Assembly (NCBI GenBank): GCA_048128005.1
Contig: JBEUKZ010000093.1
Span: 434,001 to 498,000, forward strand
Source of the DNA: Veleropilina oligotropha
Taxonomy: Eukaryota
Length of the DNA: 64,000 bases
Reading direction: 5' to 3'
Part shown: positions 36,815 through 50,028 of the stretch, in pieces
Layout of the letters: every line of letters begins with the position of its first letter
Numbering within the stretch: position 1 is the stretch's first letter
Position numbers and translations under genes: made by a program
The notes under the pieces: generated by a model
What the model was told of the DNA's origin: nothing
The model's database searches: none
Seen by the model: the letters and a program-made list of their open reading frames with translations, nothing else

Positions 36815-39295
36815 CAGTATCGTTCACCAGTACATAAGATGTATCAACATCGTTAACCAGCACACCAGTAGACCAGACGTACCCACCTCGTCAACTAGAG
36901 GATAACTAGTACCCCTCTTCCGCGAAGTTGCGATGGAATTTAGTCAGCAGATTGAATGAGGTTATCCGAACAAAGATCAATACAGTAAGGTCAAAGGCAC
37001 CAACTACACCAACCTTCACGAATTTTCGGGAATTTCACGAATTCAGGGGTACAAAATTAACGTTTCCCGAATTCACGAAATCGTATAAAAAATCACGAAT
37101 TCTGATATTTTTTAGTAATAAATATTTGTTACCATGTAAACAGTGCATTTGTCACCAAATAATTAACAACACAAGTTTCCTTATCTGGTTTATCGCTTAT
37201 CTCCCGCTGGCGTTTCGCGAGTTACAAGCGTCGACACTGAAAGCAGCCATTGTACATTTATTTTCCGGGAGTGGCTCATGGTAATTAATTAAGGATTTGT
37301 TACAATGACAGACCAGCAACAGCGATAACATTGTCATTTCTTTAGGATATGCTATTTCTTTTCCGTGTATAATTTAATGATATTTAATTAAGTATGCCTT
37401 ATCTCATTAATAACGACAAGACATCGGCTATTTCCGTAACTTCAAAGCGCGAATGGCATACTCCCGATATGACAGAAATCTCCCGAAATGACAAATTCCT
37501 ACCAGAATATCTTGATTTCTCCATCAAAGCTATTTTCGCAATGTTATTTCTTATCGGCAATAGTGTTGGAGTCAGTCGGTAAACGGAACTCATTTAATAA
37601 GTCGTCAAATGCAGTAGATGCTGTAACAATATACCTCTACATAAATTGTGTAGATAGAACGCGATAGAGCATGAAGATTATTTTCAAAATATTCGTTTGA
37701 TACGCCGTTTACCACAAGCACGCAGCGTTCTTTTGTTGAAACATTGAAGCGTGCTTTTGTGTTGATAGCTGCCGCGCAGTAATTTCAGGAACTACTTACG
37801 GAAATATACGAGTGTTTTCCGACTTGCATATCTCTTTATATTGCGTTACAAAATAATCTCGCACCGGGTACTTAATGAATACTATTTAATACGAAGATAA
37901 TTTTCGAATCAACGTTCTGATCTATTTGATGTAGGCCCGTAGTTCACAAAGAATTAAATGTCACTAGAGCTAATAAAGCAAATTAATTGGGAATAGATGA
38001 TATGAAAACGTCTATTGTTTAATTACTAGCGAGAAGGGCAGTTTCATCAAGAGTTTCAGTACTGTAGAGTTGCCAAATAATAGGGATTAGCGCAACTGAC
38101 ATGCTCTGAGCTCGAGTGATTTAATACAAGTTCGCGTTTATCGGCAAAGTACATAGCTATTAGGCCTAACCGCAAAGGTAATCTGGATTGTCGGCAAGAA
38201 CTTTTAAAAATATAAGAGGATTAATGATAATCGGATTTTTTAGGTTTAATTTTGTTATGACAACATATTTTACTATGCTGATCAAGTAATTAAGGCTGTG
38301 TATATTGTACTTGACTGAAGATATATATAATAAGCATTGTAAATATTTAAGGTTGTATTATATAATTATTTATGGCGTTTAATATATATATATATATATT
38401 TAATTATAATATTTATTGGTATTGTTTTGATTGCATAAATAAAATAATATTTTATTTCTATGAATGCCTTTTTATTCAAATAATTTCAAATATATGACGA
38501 AATCGACAATAAAATACTCCGATAAAAATACTTGCAACCAATACAATTTTGATTTTTCTTTATGTATGAAGAAACAGAAAATTATGTCGCGAAATGGGTC
38601 GATAAAAATGCTCCCTAATTCTGGTTCCAATTCACTAATTTTGATCTGATAATTCCCTAATTTTGGTTTCAAAAGGTTCACATGCCTGTATGTAGTGATC
38701 ATGCATGTACAGTGGCGACTAAATCTGCTCAGCAGGTTGGAAGTATTCCGAACAAAGGTTACTACAGCAAGGTCAAAGGTCATACCCGTAACTGGGAAAT
38801 ACTATATCATGTATGCTAAATGTCAACGAAATCTGGTAAGCAGGCTGCAAGTATTAGTCCAGTCAAGCAGCCGGACATGCTTGGTAATTCCTATATAGCC
38901 CCTAGTGTAGAGGCTTATGTAATTCCGTAGGCATCAAATTTAATTTTTATCACTGTGCATTATTTGGACCAATAGTGTCTTAAGATGCCAAAAAATGGTG
39001 ATAATTATTTTTTGAGTGTTACAATGCTATTACTGGATGCTATTCTGAAACACCCTATATGGCAATCTGCGGCCATATAATTTCCATCAAATTTATTTAT
39101 TGTCAGTATGATGTTATTGTTTCTGATTGGTGTACACTTAGTATAGTGCATAATATTAAATATTTGTTTCAGAGTGAAGACCAAACGCTGTGGTGGCGGG
39201 TTCCATTAGGAAAATGTAGATGCCTTATCGTAGTTGCTGTCTATTCTGCTGGTGTTGGTGCTGGAACTCTCTCAACGATATATAACTGAATATAC

Positions 39296-39897
39296 CATAA
39301 CCAATGTCTAGTCCCAGTGGAGGCACTTCAGGTGGGAAACAGACACATCTTGCATCATAACCAATGTCTAGTCCCAGTGGAGGCACTTCAGGTGGGAAAC
39401 GGACACATCTCGCATCATAACCAATGTCTAGTCCCAGTGGAGGCACTTCAGGTGGGAAACGGACACATCTCGCATCATAACTAATGTCTAGTCCCAGTGG
39501 AGGCACTTCAGGTGGGAAACGGACACATCTCGCATCATAACCAATGTCTAGTCCCAGTGGAGGCACTTCAGGTGGGAAACAGACACATCTCGCACCATAA
39601 CCAATGTCTAGTCCCAGTGGAGGCACTTCAGGTGGGAAACGGACACATCTCGCATCATAACCAATGTCTAGTCCCAGTGAAGGCACTTCAGGTGGGAAAC
39701 GGACACATCTCGCATCATAACCAATGTCTAGTCCCAGTGGAGGCACTTCAGGTGGGAAACGGACACATCTCGCATCATAACCAATGTCTAGTCCCAGTGA
39801 AGGCACTTCAGGTGGGAAACGGACACATCTCGCACCATAACCAATGTCTAGTCCCAGTGGAGGCACTTCAGGTGGGAAACGGACACATCTCGCATCA
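39296..39897. repeat. 60-bp minisatellite x 10
   Basis: Unit cataaccaatgtctagtcccagtggaggcacttcaggtgggaaacggacacatctcgcat. Confidence 0.95.
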
Positions 39898-40272
39898 AAT
39901 GCTAGTGATAAGGTGTGTTACATCTGCCAAATTCCTGGAGGGGATCTCGTGCAGCAGCCCCGGCATAAGTCATATGGACAGTTCAAGTCATATGGATAGT
40001 TCGTGGCAGATAGAGCACAATATGGGGACCCAAAGTACATATCTATTTGCAATAGACTGAACAATGCAACTGCTAACGACCTCAACAAAAGCAAGGTTAG
40101 ATGGCACAGCACATGCTATAAGCTCACTATCCATAAGTCTGCTATCAAAAGCCAAAAGGACAGATACGAAAAGGCGATCAGTGTTGGAAACGCCCCTACC
40201 CCAGCAAAAGTAGGAAGGCCATCAGGAGTAGCAATTGCATCAGTACCTGATCCCAATTGTGGGACACCATCA

Positions 40273-40441
40273 CGCTACACGAGGTCTGCGGCCAGTCCAT
40301 TCAACAAGAACCACTGCTACACGAGGTCTGCGGCCAGTCCATTCAACAAGAACCACTGCTACACGAGGTCTGCGGCCAGTTCATTCAACAAGAACCACTG
40401 CTACACGAGGTCTGCGGCCAGTCCATTCAACAAGAACCACT
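40273..40441. repeat. 42-bp tandem repeat x 4 (in frame, YTRSAASPFNKNHC)
   Basis: Direct tandem copies within the Academ ORF. Confidence 0.92.
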
Positions 40442-40580
40442 GTTGTTTTTGCAACGCAACCTCGTCGAAGGAAGCACTACATCAGATCAGCGAGTTTAAG
40501 ACTGGACATCAGCTTCGCGTGGCGGTTGAAGCAAGCGACAATGAACATTGGAAGGTGAATCTTAGCGCTGCAGTGAATCC

Positions 40581-41018
40581 AAATGATGCACACACCATCG
40601 ATATAAAGTACCATTTGTCGTGCTGGGTTAAGAATGATGCACACGCCATCGATATAAAGTACCATTTGTCGTGCTGGGTTAAGAATGATGCACACGCCAT
40701 CGATATAAAGTACCATTTGTCGTGCTGGGTTAAGCACACGCCATCGATATAAAGTACCATTTGTCGTGCTGGGTTAAGCACACGCCATCGATTATAAAGT
40801 ACCATTTGTCGTGCTGGGTTAAGAATGATGCACACGCCATCGATTATAAAGTACCATTTGTCGTGCTGGGTTAAGAATGATGCACACGCCATCGATTATA
40901 AAGTACCATTTGTCGTGCTGGGTTAAGCACACGCCATCGATATAAAGTACCATTTGTCGTGCTGGGTTAAGAATGATGCACACGCCATCGATATAAAGTA
41001 CCATTTGTCGTGCTGGGT
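40581..41018. repeat. 51-bp tandem repeat x ~9 with length variants
   Basis: Unit encodes NDAHAIDIKYHLSCWVK. Confidence 0.92.
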
Positions 41019-41060
41019 AAAAAATGTTCAGCATTCACAATCAAAATCTGACCCAAGTGG

Positions 41061-41675
41061 GAAGAGGAGAATATTGGTGTTGTGTCTGCTGATCCACAAG
41101 TGGGAGTACAGAAGAGGAGAATATTGGTGTTGTGTCTGCTGATCCACAAGTGGGAGTACAGAAGAGGAGAATATTGGTGTTGTGTCTGCTGATCCACAAG
41201 TGGGAGTACAGAAGAGGAGAATATTGGTGTTGTGTCTGCTGATCCACAAGTGGGAGTACAGAAGAGGAGAATATTGGTGTTGTGTCTGCTGATCCACAAG
41301 TGGGAGTACAGAAGAGGAGAATATTGGTGTTGTGTCTGCTGATCCACAAGTGGGAGTACAGAAGAGGAGAATATTGGTGTTGTGTCTGCTGATCCACAAG
41401 TGGGAGTACAGAAGAGGAGAATATTGGTGTTGTGTCTGCTGATCCACAAGTGGGAGTACAGAAGAGGAGAATATTGGTGTTGTGTCTGCTGATCCACAAG
41501 TGGGAGTACAGAAGAGGAGAATATTGGTGTTGTGTCTGCTGATCCACAAGTGGGAGTACAGAAGAGGAGAATATTGGTGTTGTGTCTGCTGATCCACAAG
41601 TGGGAGTACAGAAGAGGAGAATATTGGTGTTGTGTCTGCTGATCCACAAGTGGGAGTACAGAAGAGGAGAATATT
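41061..41675. repeat. 50-bp perfect tandem repeat x ~12
   Basis: Unit gaagaggagaatattggtgttgtgtctgctgatccacaagtgggagtaca. Confidence 0.95.
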
Positions 41676-41877
41676 GAGTTTTATTACCTCATAAGCACAG
41701 TAGTGAAGACTGGATCGATCCTGGACATCAACGAGATCAGTCACGCCTATCAAGATATCCACGAGATACATGGGTCTACAAAGAGCACCCCAGTCAGACG
41801 AACCCTAAAGCGAAATATAGATGAAAACATCGATGATGTGGAGTGGTGTCACTCTGCACGTGTGAATGAGCCAGGTC

Positions 41878-42853
41878 ATCTGTATAGTACATAGACAAAG
41901 AATACAGCTATTGACAATCACCCAGATCATCTGTATAGTGCAAAGACAAAGAATACAGCTATTGACAATCACCTTGAATGAGGCAGATCGTCTGTATAGT
42001 GCAAAGACAAAGAATACAGCTATTGACAATCACCTTGAATGAGGCAGATCGACTGTATAGTGCAAAGACAAAGAATACAGCTATTGACAATCACCTTGAA
42101 TGAGGCAGATCGTCTGTATAGTGCAAAGACAAAGAATACAGCTATTGACAATCACCTTGAATGAGGCAGATCGTCTGTATAGTGCAAAGACAAAGAATAC
42201 AGCTATTGACAATCACCTTGAATGAGACAGATCGTCTGTATGGTGCAAAGACAAAGAATACAGCTATTGACAATCACCTTGAATGAGGCAGATCGTCTGT
42301 ATAGTGCAAAGACAAAGAATACAGCTATTGGCAATCACCTTGAATGAGCCAGATCGTCTGTATAGTGCAAAGACAAAGAATACAGCTATTGACAATCACC
42401 CAGATCGTCTGCATAGTGCAACGACAAAGAATACAACTATTGACAATCACTTTGAATGAGGCAGATCGACTGTATAGTGCAAAGACAAAGAATACAGCTA
42501 TTGACAATCACCTTGAATGAGGCAGATCGTCTGTATAGTGCAAACATAAATAATACAGCTATTGACAATCACCTTGAATGAGGCAGATCGTCTGTATAGT
42601 GCAAAGACAAAGAATACAGCTAGATCGTCTGTATAGTACAAAGACAAAGAATACAGCTATTGACAATCACCTTGAATGAGCCAGATCGTCTGTATAGTGC
42701 AAAGACAAAGAATACAGCTATTGACAATCACCTTGAATGAGGCAGATCGTCTGTATAGTGCAACGACAAAGAAATCAATACAGCTATTGACAATCACCCA
42801 GATCGTCTGTATAGTACAAAGACAAAGAATACAGCTATTGACAATCACCTTGA
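41878..42853. repeat. ~59-bp tandem repeat x ~17 with variants
   Basis: Unit cagatcgtctgtatagtgcaaagacaaagaatacagctattgacaatcaccttgaatgagg. Confidence 0.92.
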
Positions 42854-44826
42854 TGCAAAAAAAGATGCTGCTGCAGATATGAAACTACTCTCCAAATGTG
42901 CGAAGATAATCAGAGATGAGATTACCACAGCACATACACAAAACCCTTTGGTATTCGATGGATCCCTCCTGGGCGACAAGAGCCCTGTGCCAAAATCACT
43001 GGAAGCAATCATCCGCTGGGTAATAGTTGGACCGATGTCGAGCCTCGAATCGAGCACTAGAGAACACAACGTACAGCTTCAGACAAGGACCATTGCACAG
43101 AACATAATGTTTGCCTGCAAGACCGATCGTCACGTTGACTATGTTCCCAAACATGACCAGTCCGGATTCAGACATCGACATTTGAACCCACAAGTGATTG
43201 GACTGAAAGCTACATTGGACTTGCAACGCCCATCTGCTGACAGATGCCTCACAAATATGCATGCAACGGCCAGTGCCGTATTTCAGCCACGAAACAAGAA
43301 CGAAGCCCCACTGAAAGCTACATTGGACTTGCAACGCCCATCTGCTGACAGATTCCTCACAAATATGCCTGCAACGCTTACGCAGCTCATACCCTGCGAC
43401 ATCAGAAGTCAACATAAACCAACATCCAGGGCGAGGTATGCAGCATTCTCAGTGAAGCAAAATGAAGCTACATTATGAAGGTACAAAGCAGAAGATGTCG
43501 TGGTTGTTGGTTCAGTCGTATCAGCGAGATCAACGTGTGGCAGAAACCGTGGACCACACAGAAGGACTACCTGGTGAAACAGAGGGAGACCAGATAGACA
43601 TGAGCAACATGGACGATATCTTGGATACCACTGACAAGTACATTCACCCCAGACCAGTATCCAACCGCCAGTGTCGCCACATGGTCGGCCTACAACTCTC
43701 TTTGTTGTCCCAAAGATGAGTCGGTAACAACGGTCCATGCTCTGCCATTGCTTGCAGCACCAGCACACGAGTTCTCTACTTTGCTGACTGCCCTTAAGCA
43801 AGCTGAACATATCAATACCGCCATTGTGGGACCCGACAAAAAGACCGTTGTCAGTACTAGTGGACTGCAATCCCAGAAGTTTGACCAGGAAGATGTACAT
43901 CTGAAGAACTTTGTAACGAAGGCCGTCATGCCAGATAATGTAAAGCATGACATACTATGAAGTATGGACGTGAGGCAGGAGCGCTATGTGACATTTGTCA
44001 AAGAATGAATCGTAGGCACAACCAATATCTGGGATAAGATGACCAAGGTCAAAATACTGGGCTGGACAGATGCGTCAAAACCTGGGAAAGTCATCCTACA
44101 AGCAAAAGAGATAAAGTTGAAACAGACCAGATCCCTTTTCGCACGTCTGCTAATTATCGCACGCACACGATCAGAGCTCGATCTACAACAGCTGATTGAG
44201 GAATACGAATTATCTTGACTCCCAAGGTCCATCTTCTCAGCTGATGGGTGGCCCCTGCCATGCACAGACAAGAGTAAACCTATGGCTGTACTCGAATCTC
44301 TAGCAGACACACCGCTCAAAGACAGAGATAACACACAGGATCCGATAATGACCAGCAAGACGAAATGGATATTCGACATCATCAGGAACAGATGGATGAC
44401 GCTCAGCAGAGAAATCCGCCAAGCAACACCAAGGCAATTGTGATGGATGGAATGGCTGTAGTGTACGAGATGTCAAATCAACACATCAAGACATGCTCCA
44501 GTCTTGCACAGCAGTTTCTCATGGCGGTCGAGAGCAAATCTGAAAAGTATCAGATTGTTCATATTGTATTCGATCGCTATGATGTCGAAGACACGAAACT
44601 GTCGAAAGGGCAAGATCACTACGTGTTGTACATACGAAGTCAACGATGCTATACAATTCAACATGCCCATGAAGAGATTTCTGAGTAACTCTGCAAACAA
44701 AGATCACTTAACATGTTACCTCGCCACAGTTCTGGATCACTACAAAGACAGCATACAACTGATCGTAGTTGCTGCAAAGGATGGTGCAGCATCTAATAGA
44801 ACGAATGTCGGACATCTGCGAAGTAA

Positions 44827-44927
44827 TCAAGAGGAGGCAGATACCCTACTCATCAAGAGGAGGCAGATACCCTACTCATCAAGAGGAGGCAGATACCCTA
44901 CTCATCAAGAGGAGGCAGATACCCTAC
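44827..44927. repeat. 26-bp tandem repeat x ~4 at the QEEADT motif
   Basis: Unit tcaagaggaggcagataccctactca. Confidence 0.9.
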
Positions 44928-46954
44928 GCATTCTACATGCTACTGATGCCTCTCGATATGTTCAAGAGGTGAACATCATGTCTCCAGATACAGACGTGTT
45001 TGTCTTAGCTGTGAACAAACTTCCCTTAATGGATGCCAAGGCGTGCATGATAGTTGGCACAGGAAGCACGAGGCACACGGTTCATCTACAGCCCATCTAC
45101 AATGCTATTGGAAGCGAGTTAGCAGATGGACTTATCGGTTTCCATGCATTCACGGGCTCCGACACCACAGGCCGTATAGCAGGCAAGGGCAAGCATACAT
45201 GCTGGAAAATGCTCCGTAATGCTAATCACAACGTTGTTCAAGCTTTTGCACAATTGGGAAACTCGACAGACCCATCAGCTGCTGTGATGGATGCCCTGAA
45301 AGAATTCGTTTGTTCCCTATTTGCACCTGGTTAGACATCAGAGACATAGGCAAACTGAGATGACACTTGTTTAAGAAAAACCAGGCAGAGGCAGAGAAGC
45401 TTCCCCCTACAAAGGCAGCACTGAAACAGCACATTCTTAGAGCACAAAATCAGATACTCATTTAGAAACTAGCTGACATGTCCGTCGAACTATGGTTGGA
45501 CAGAAGATGACCACGAGTACATCCCCAAAGTGTCAGAGCTACCACCAGCACCTGAAGCCGTGATCGAATTGGTGAAATGTGGCTGCAGCAAGAGCAAATG
45601 TGCCACTGGATCATGTTCCTGCAAAAAAAATACATTGGCATGCACAGAGCTCTGTGCCTGTGACGCAGACACTGATAAATGTGAGAACACTTACAATACC
45701 CCTTCCTACAGTGACAAGGAAGAAGACGATGAAAACGGGGAGGACCTACTGATACTTGCACCTTAAACAGAACTGTATATAATGGACGTGGACGACTAAT
45801 ATGTAATATCGTAAACATATTTGATTTGTAGTTCACTATGATTTACATATGCTTGTCTAAAATGTTTGGAAGTATTAAATGTATTATAATAGTCTGATAG
45901 TTGTTGCTAGTTTTATCGGTGCTCTTTCTGTACTTCCCTCACAGCTCCGGCTTTTATCATATTTAAGGAGCTCCGGCTTTTATTTGTCTTAAGTTCACGG
46001 CCTATGATAAGATACACATGATGTGTACGTAGTAACTACTAGTTGTATTGGCTTTACAAACGTATATATATACACCGGACCGCCCCGTGAGCCTCGACTG
46101 ACAGCGGTTCACCTGTTGCTAGTCCCCATGGATTTAACATTAACGACGCGTCCAAAGTCATCCTTTTTATAGGAGATGAAAAACAGGATTTCCAAAGTTG
46201 AGTAAAAGCCGGAGCTGTGGGGGACATACCGAAAGAGCGCTGTTTTATCAAGCATGAACTTGCGAATGAATTAGGACACTGTAATGTCCGTGTCAGTTTC
46301 TATGAAAGATTGCTGAATGCTGACATCAATTTGTCACTAAATCATTCAAATATGGTTGGAATGCACATGAAACACATCAGTTATATCAGAAGTGAATTAG
46401 TCGCATCCAGACCTTTAATTTAATATGTTACATGCCTAGGTTTATACTGACAGGAGATACATTTTTTTTTAGAAGTCCACAAAATGAGCGCAAATGCACA
46501 TTTACAGATGTTCTACTCATCACCCAAAAATAAGCACTCAAAATGCTCCAAAAAATTATCACCATAATTTTTCTGAATCAGAACACTGTCCTCTTCAAAA
46601 TTAACCATGGTGATAAGAATTAACATGAAGTGCCTACCACGGTAGAAATCGCTATATAAGCCTCTACTCTACTAACTTCATTAGAGGCGAATAAAAACCG
46701 AGTGACACACAGATACAATGAGCGACTTCCATTAGCAAGGGAGATAACAAAGAATAAACGAACACTGGCAAAAATTAACATTACCTCTGATGCCTGTGAC
46801 GACGGGTACATTTCGAGGACGAGACCTGCAGTCGAATATAATCGGTCGCTGCACCCAAGGGATCAGGAAGTGCGTCCCTTCTCCGATGACCTCTTCCTTC
46901 ACTCCCTGAAAGCGATCGAAGATTACAGCTCGATGGCTGCCATCAACTGAAAAA

Positions 46955-48330
46955 GTGAATGGAATAGATACTGTAGCCCATGACAGCGTGTTGTCAGAGG
47001 TGTACGGAATAGATATTGTAGCCCATGACAGCGTGTTGTCAGAGGTGTACGGAATAGATATTGTAGCCCATGACAGCGTGCAGTCAGAGATGTATGGAAT
47101 AGATATTGTAGCCCATGACAGCGTGTTGTCAGAGGTGTACGGAATAGATATTGTAGCCCATGACAGAGTGTTGTCAGAGGTGTACGGAATAGATATTGTA
47201 GCCCATGACAGCGTGTTGTCAGAGGTGAACAGAATAGATATTGTAGCCCATGACAGCGTGTTGTCAGAGGTGAACAGAATAGATATTGTAGCCCATGACA
47301 GCGTGTTGTCAGAGGTGTACGGAATAGATATTGTAGCCCATGACGGCGTGTTGTCAGAGGTGTACGGAATAGATATTGTAGCTCATGACAGCATGTTGTC
47401 AGAGGTGTACGGAATAGATATTGTAGCCCATGACAGAGTGTTGTCAGAGGTGTACGGAATAGATATTGTAGCCCATGACAGCATGTTGTCAGAGGTGTAC
47501 GGAATAGATATTGTAGCTCATTACAGCGTGTTGTCAGAGGTGAACAGAATAGATATTGTAGCCCATGACAGCGTGTTGTCAGAGGTCAACAGAATAGATA
47601 TTGTAGCCCATGACAGCGTGTTGTCAGAGGTGAACAGAATAGATATTGTAGCCCATGACAGAGTGTTGTCAGAGGTGTACGGAATAGATATTGTAGCCCA
47701 TGACAGAGTGTTGTCAGAGGTGAACAGAATAGATATTGTAGCCCATGACAGAGTGTTGTCAGAGGTGTACGGAATAGATATTGTAGCCCATGACAGCATG
47801 TTGTCAGAGGTGTACGGAATAGATATTGTAGCCCATGACAGCGTGTTGTCAGAGGTGAACAGAATAGATATTGTAGCCCATGACAGTGTTGTCAGAGGTG
47901 TACGGAATAGATATTGTAGCCCATGACAGCGTGTTGTCAGAGGTGAACAGAATAGATATTGTAGCCCATGACAGAGTGTTGTCAGAGGTGTACGGAATAG
48001 ATATTGTAGCCCATGACAGCATGTTGTCAGAGGTGTACGGAATAGATATTGTAGCCCATGACAGCGTGTTGTCAGAGGTGAACAGAATAGATATTGTAGC
48101 CCATGACAGCATGTTGTCAGAGGTGTACGGAATAGATATTGTAGCCCATGACAGCGTGTTGTCAGAGGTGAACAGAATAGATATTGTAGCCCATGACAGC
48201 GTGTTGTCAGAGGTGTACGGAATAGATATTGTAGCCCATGACAGCATGCTGTCAGAGGTGTACGGAATAGATATTGTAGCCCATGACAGCGTGTTGTCAG
48301 AGGTGACCAGAATAGATATTGTAGCCCATG
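46955..48330. repeat. 45-bp minisatellite x ~30
   Basis: Unit ggaatagatattgtagcccatgacagcgtgttgtcagaggtgtac, with tacgg/aacag variants. Confidence 0.95.
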
Positions 48331-50028
48331 GACCTTTTCGGTAATGGCCGCAATCGAACGTCGCGCGGGTCATTATGGGAAGGATTATGTTCACTCGTTT
48401 TTCACGCCTGGTTGTCAAGTCGCGCTGTGCCGAGTAGAAACCATGTCAGCTGTTCCAACGACAGAATATACAAAGATAGGTACGTTTGTTAAATATAGTC
48501 TATGAGTGCATTGCAAACATTGAAACACAGAGACATGCATTTATAACCGTATTTCGTTGATAGGCCTATAGGCATAATACAGTTCGACCCAATTTTAATT
48601 TATTCTGACCGCTGTTATCTGTTGAATAATAAACTAAAACACAATTGACACACACTAAAGCAACATATTTGGCAAATAAGATTTATGTCTTCAAGCAATA
48701 CTGTATAATTTTACATGAGCTGCCGCAATCTAGCGATCGACATTATGTTTTATCATCTGCGTTACCATCATAACAAGGGAGACTACTATGATAGCATGAA
48801 CCCTCCACTTTCCTATGTTATGAACGTGATGATGATGAAATGAGGTTTATAAGTAAACCTAATATTAGTTAAAACATACTTACGTCCTTACACTTGCCAT
48901 AATAGTCATATTATCGCCAACCGGAAACAGTGAATAAAGTCACATTTATGCACTTATTAAGTCAAAACACTACGATTACCTCCCCTGCTCCCCCTCTCTA
49001 AGTTCCCCCGGCGAGATCTCGCCAAGTCTCGCGAGATATCCGAGCCCTCAAAGTCACAAGACCTCAATTCAAAGTTCAGAACCCCAAAGGAACTTAGTAA
49101 GAGGGGAGGAATGCGAAAGCGCAGGGTGGGTAATCGTAGTAAGGACGTAAGTATGTTTTAACTAATATTAGGTTTACTTAAAAACCTCATATGTAGTTAC
49201 AAACATACTTACGTCCTTACACTTGCCAGAATGACCTTGGATAGGTGGGTAAGAAGTTCCTTACAACAAACCCAAACAAGATTATGACTTACTTTTCACC
49301 ATGTCAATCAGCATGAAGCGTCGATTGTGTCCGCCCAGAGTGGAATTTACTGAGTATTATATTCTACTCTTACCAGGCTAGAATTTCGACCAGTGTTACC
49401 GGGAGAATACGCCGTGGTGTTAGTCGTACGAGGTGAACGGAAGTGCAATCAGCCCCAGGCACGGCCGGAAGGAGGATCCTTGTAGGTCTTACGTGTCATG
49501 GACCAGTGGCAGCCAACTGGTACTCCGGGCCATAGGCCGGTAGCCAGAGGAAGCAGTCGGATTTGTAAGCACACGGAACCTAATAGGTAGGTTGTGAAGG
49601 CATCAAATCATAAGCAAAGAATAAATAGATTAAAATAAATAATCGATATTAATAAGTGATTCGCATGACCAACTTGCGAAAAGCTAACATGAGTACAACA
49701 TGTTACTTAAAATAAATTTTAAGGAAGCAAATGTTAAATTTTTTTCAATGTCTTGAACATCGTATGTTCTATAACAGCATAGAACATCAATAATATTGAA
49801 CCTCAAATCCTATAAGACTTTTTGCAATATAAATGTTTATTAAATTCAATGTGAACTGGCCTGTCAAAATACTCAGGTATGACATGAAAGTACAAAATCT
49901 TAAAATGTTTTTAAGAAATGAACATACATTGAATTGACTCATAATGTGTCTATTTCATAGAACAGCTAGGCATAACAATAACATTGCTTCAGCACGAATT
50001 ATTTAATTGATAAATCAAGAAACAATAC

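Larger units (their letters stand above)
38903..46671 (+). mobile_element. Academ-like DNA transposon, decayed
   Basis: Imperfect TIRs tagtgtagaggcttat / ataagcctctactcta with similarity over ~120 bp. Remnants include VMDGMA, QEEADT, DTDV, FHAFTGSDTT..GKGK, LPPT..ALKQH and C-terminal CGCSKSKCATGSCSCKK..CTELCAC (XPG-like nuclease plus Cys-rich finger). No clear TSD. Confidence 0.8.

Noticed and set aside
37000..38690. Possible hAT-like insertion
   Set aside because: Subterminal-like repeats are present, but I could not identify matching TIRs, a TSD or a transposase.
39296..48330. Regular repeat arrays as CRISPR-like loci
   Set aside because: Units are head-to-tail with no unique spacers, there are no cas genes, and the context is eukaryotic.
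46955..48418. Long repetitive ORFs here and at 33045-34210, 39225-40060 and 40967-41771
   Set aside because: They are by-products of stop-free minisatellite units, open on several frames and strands.
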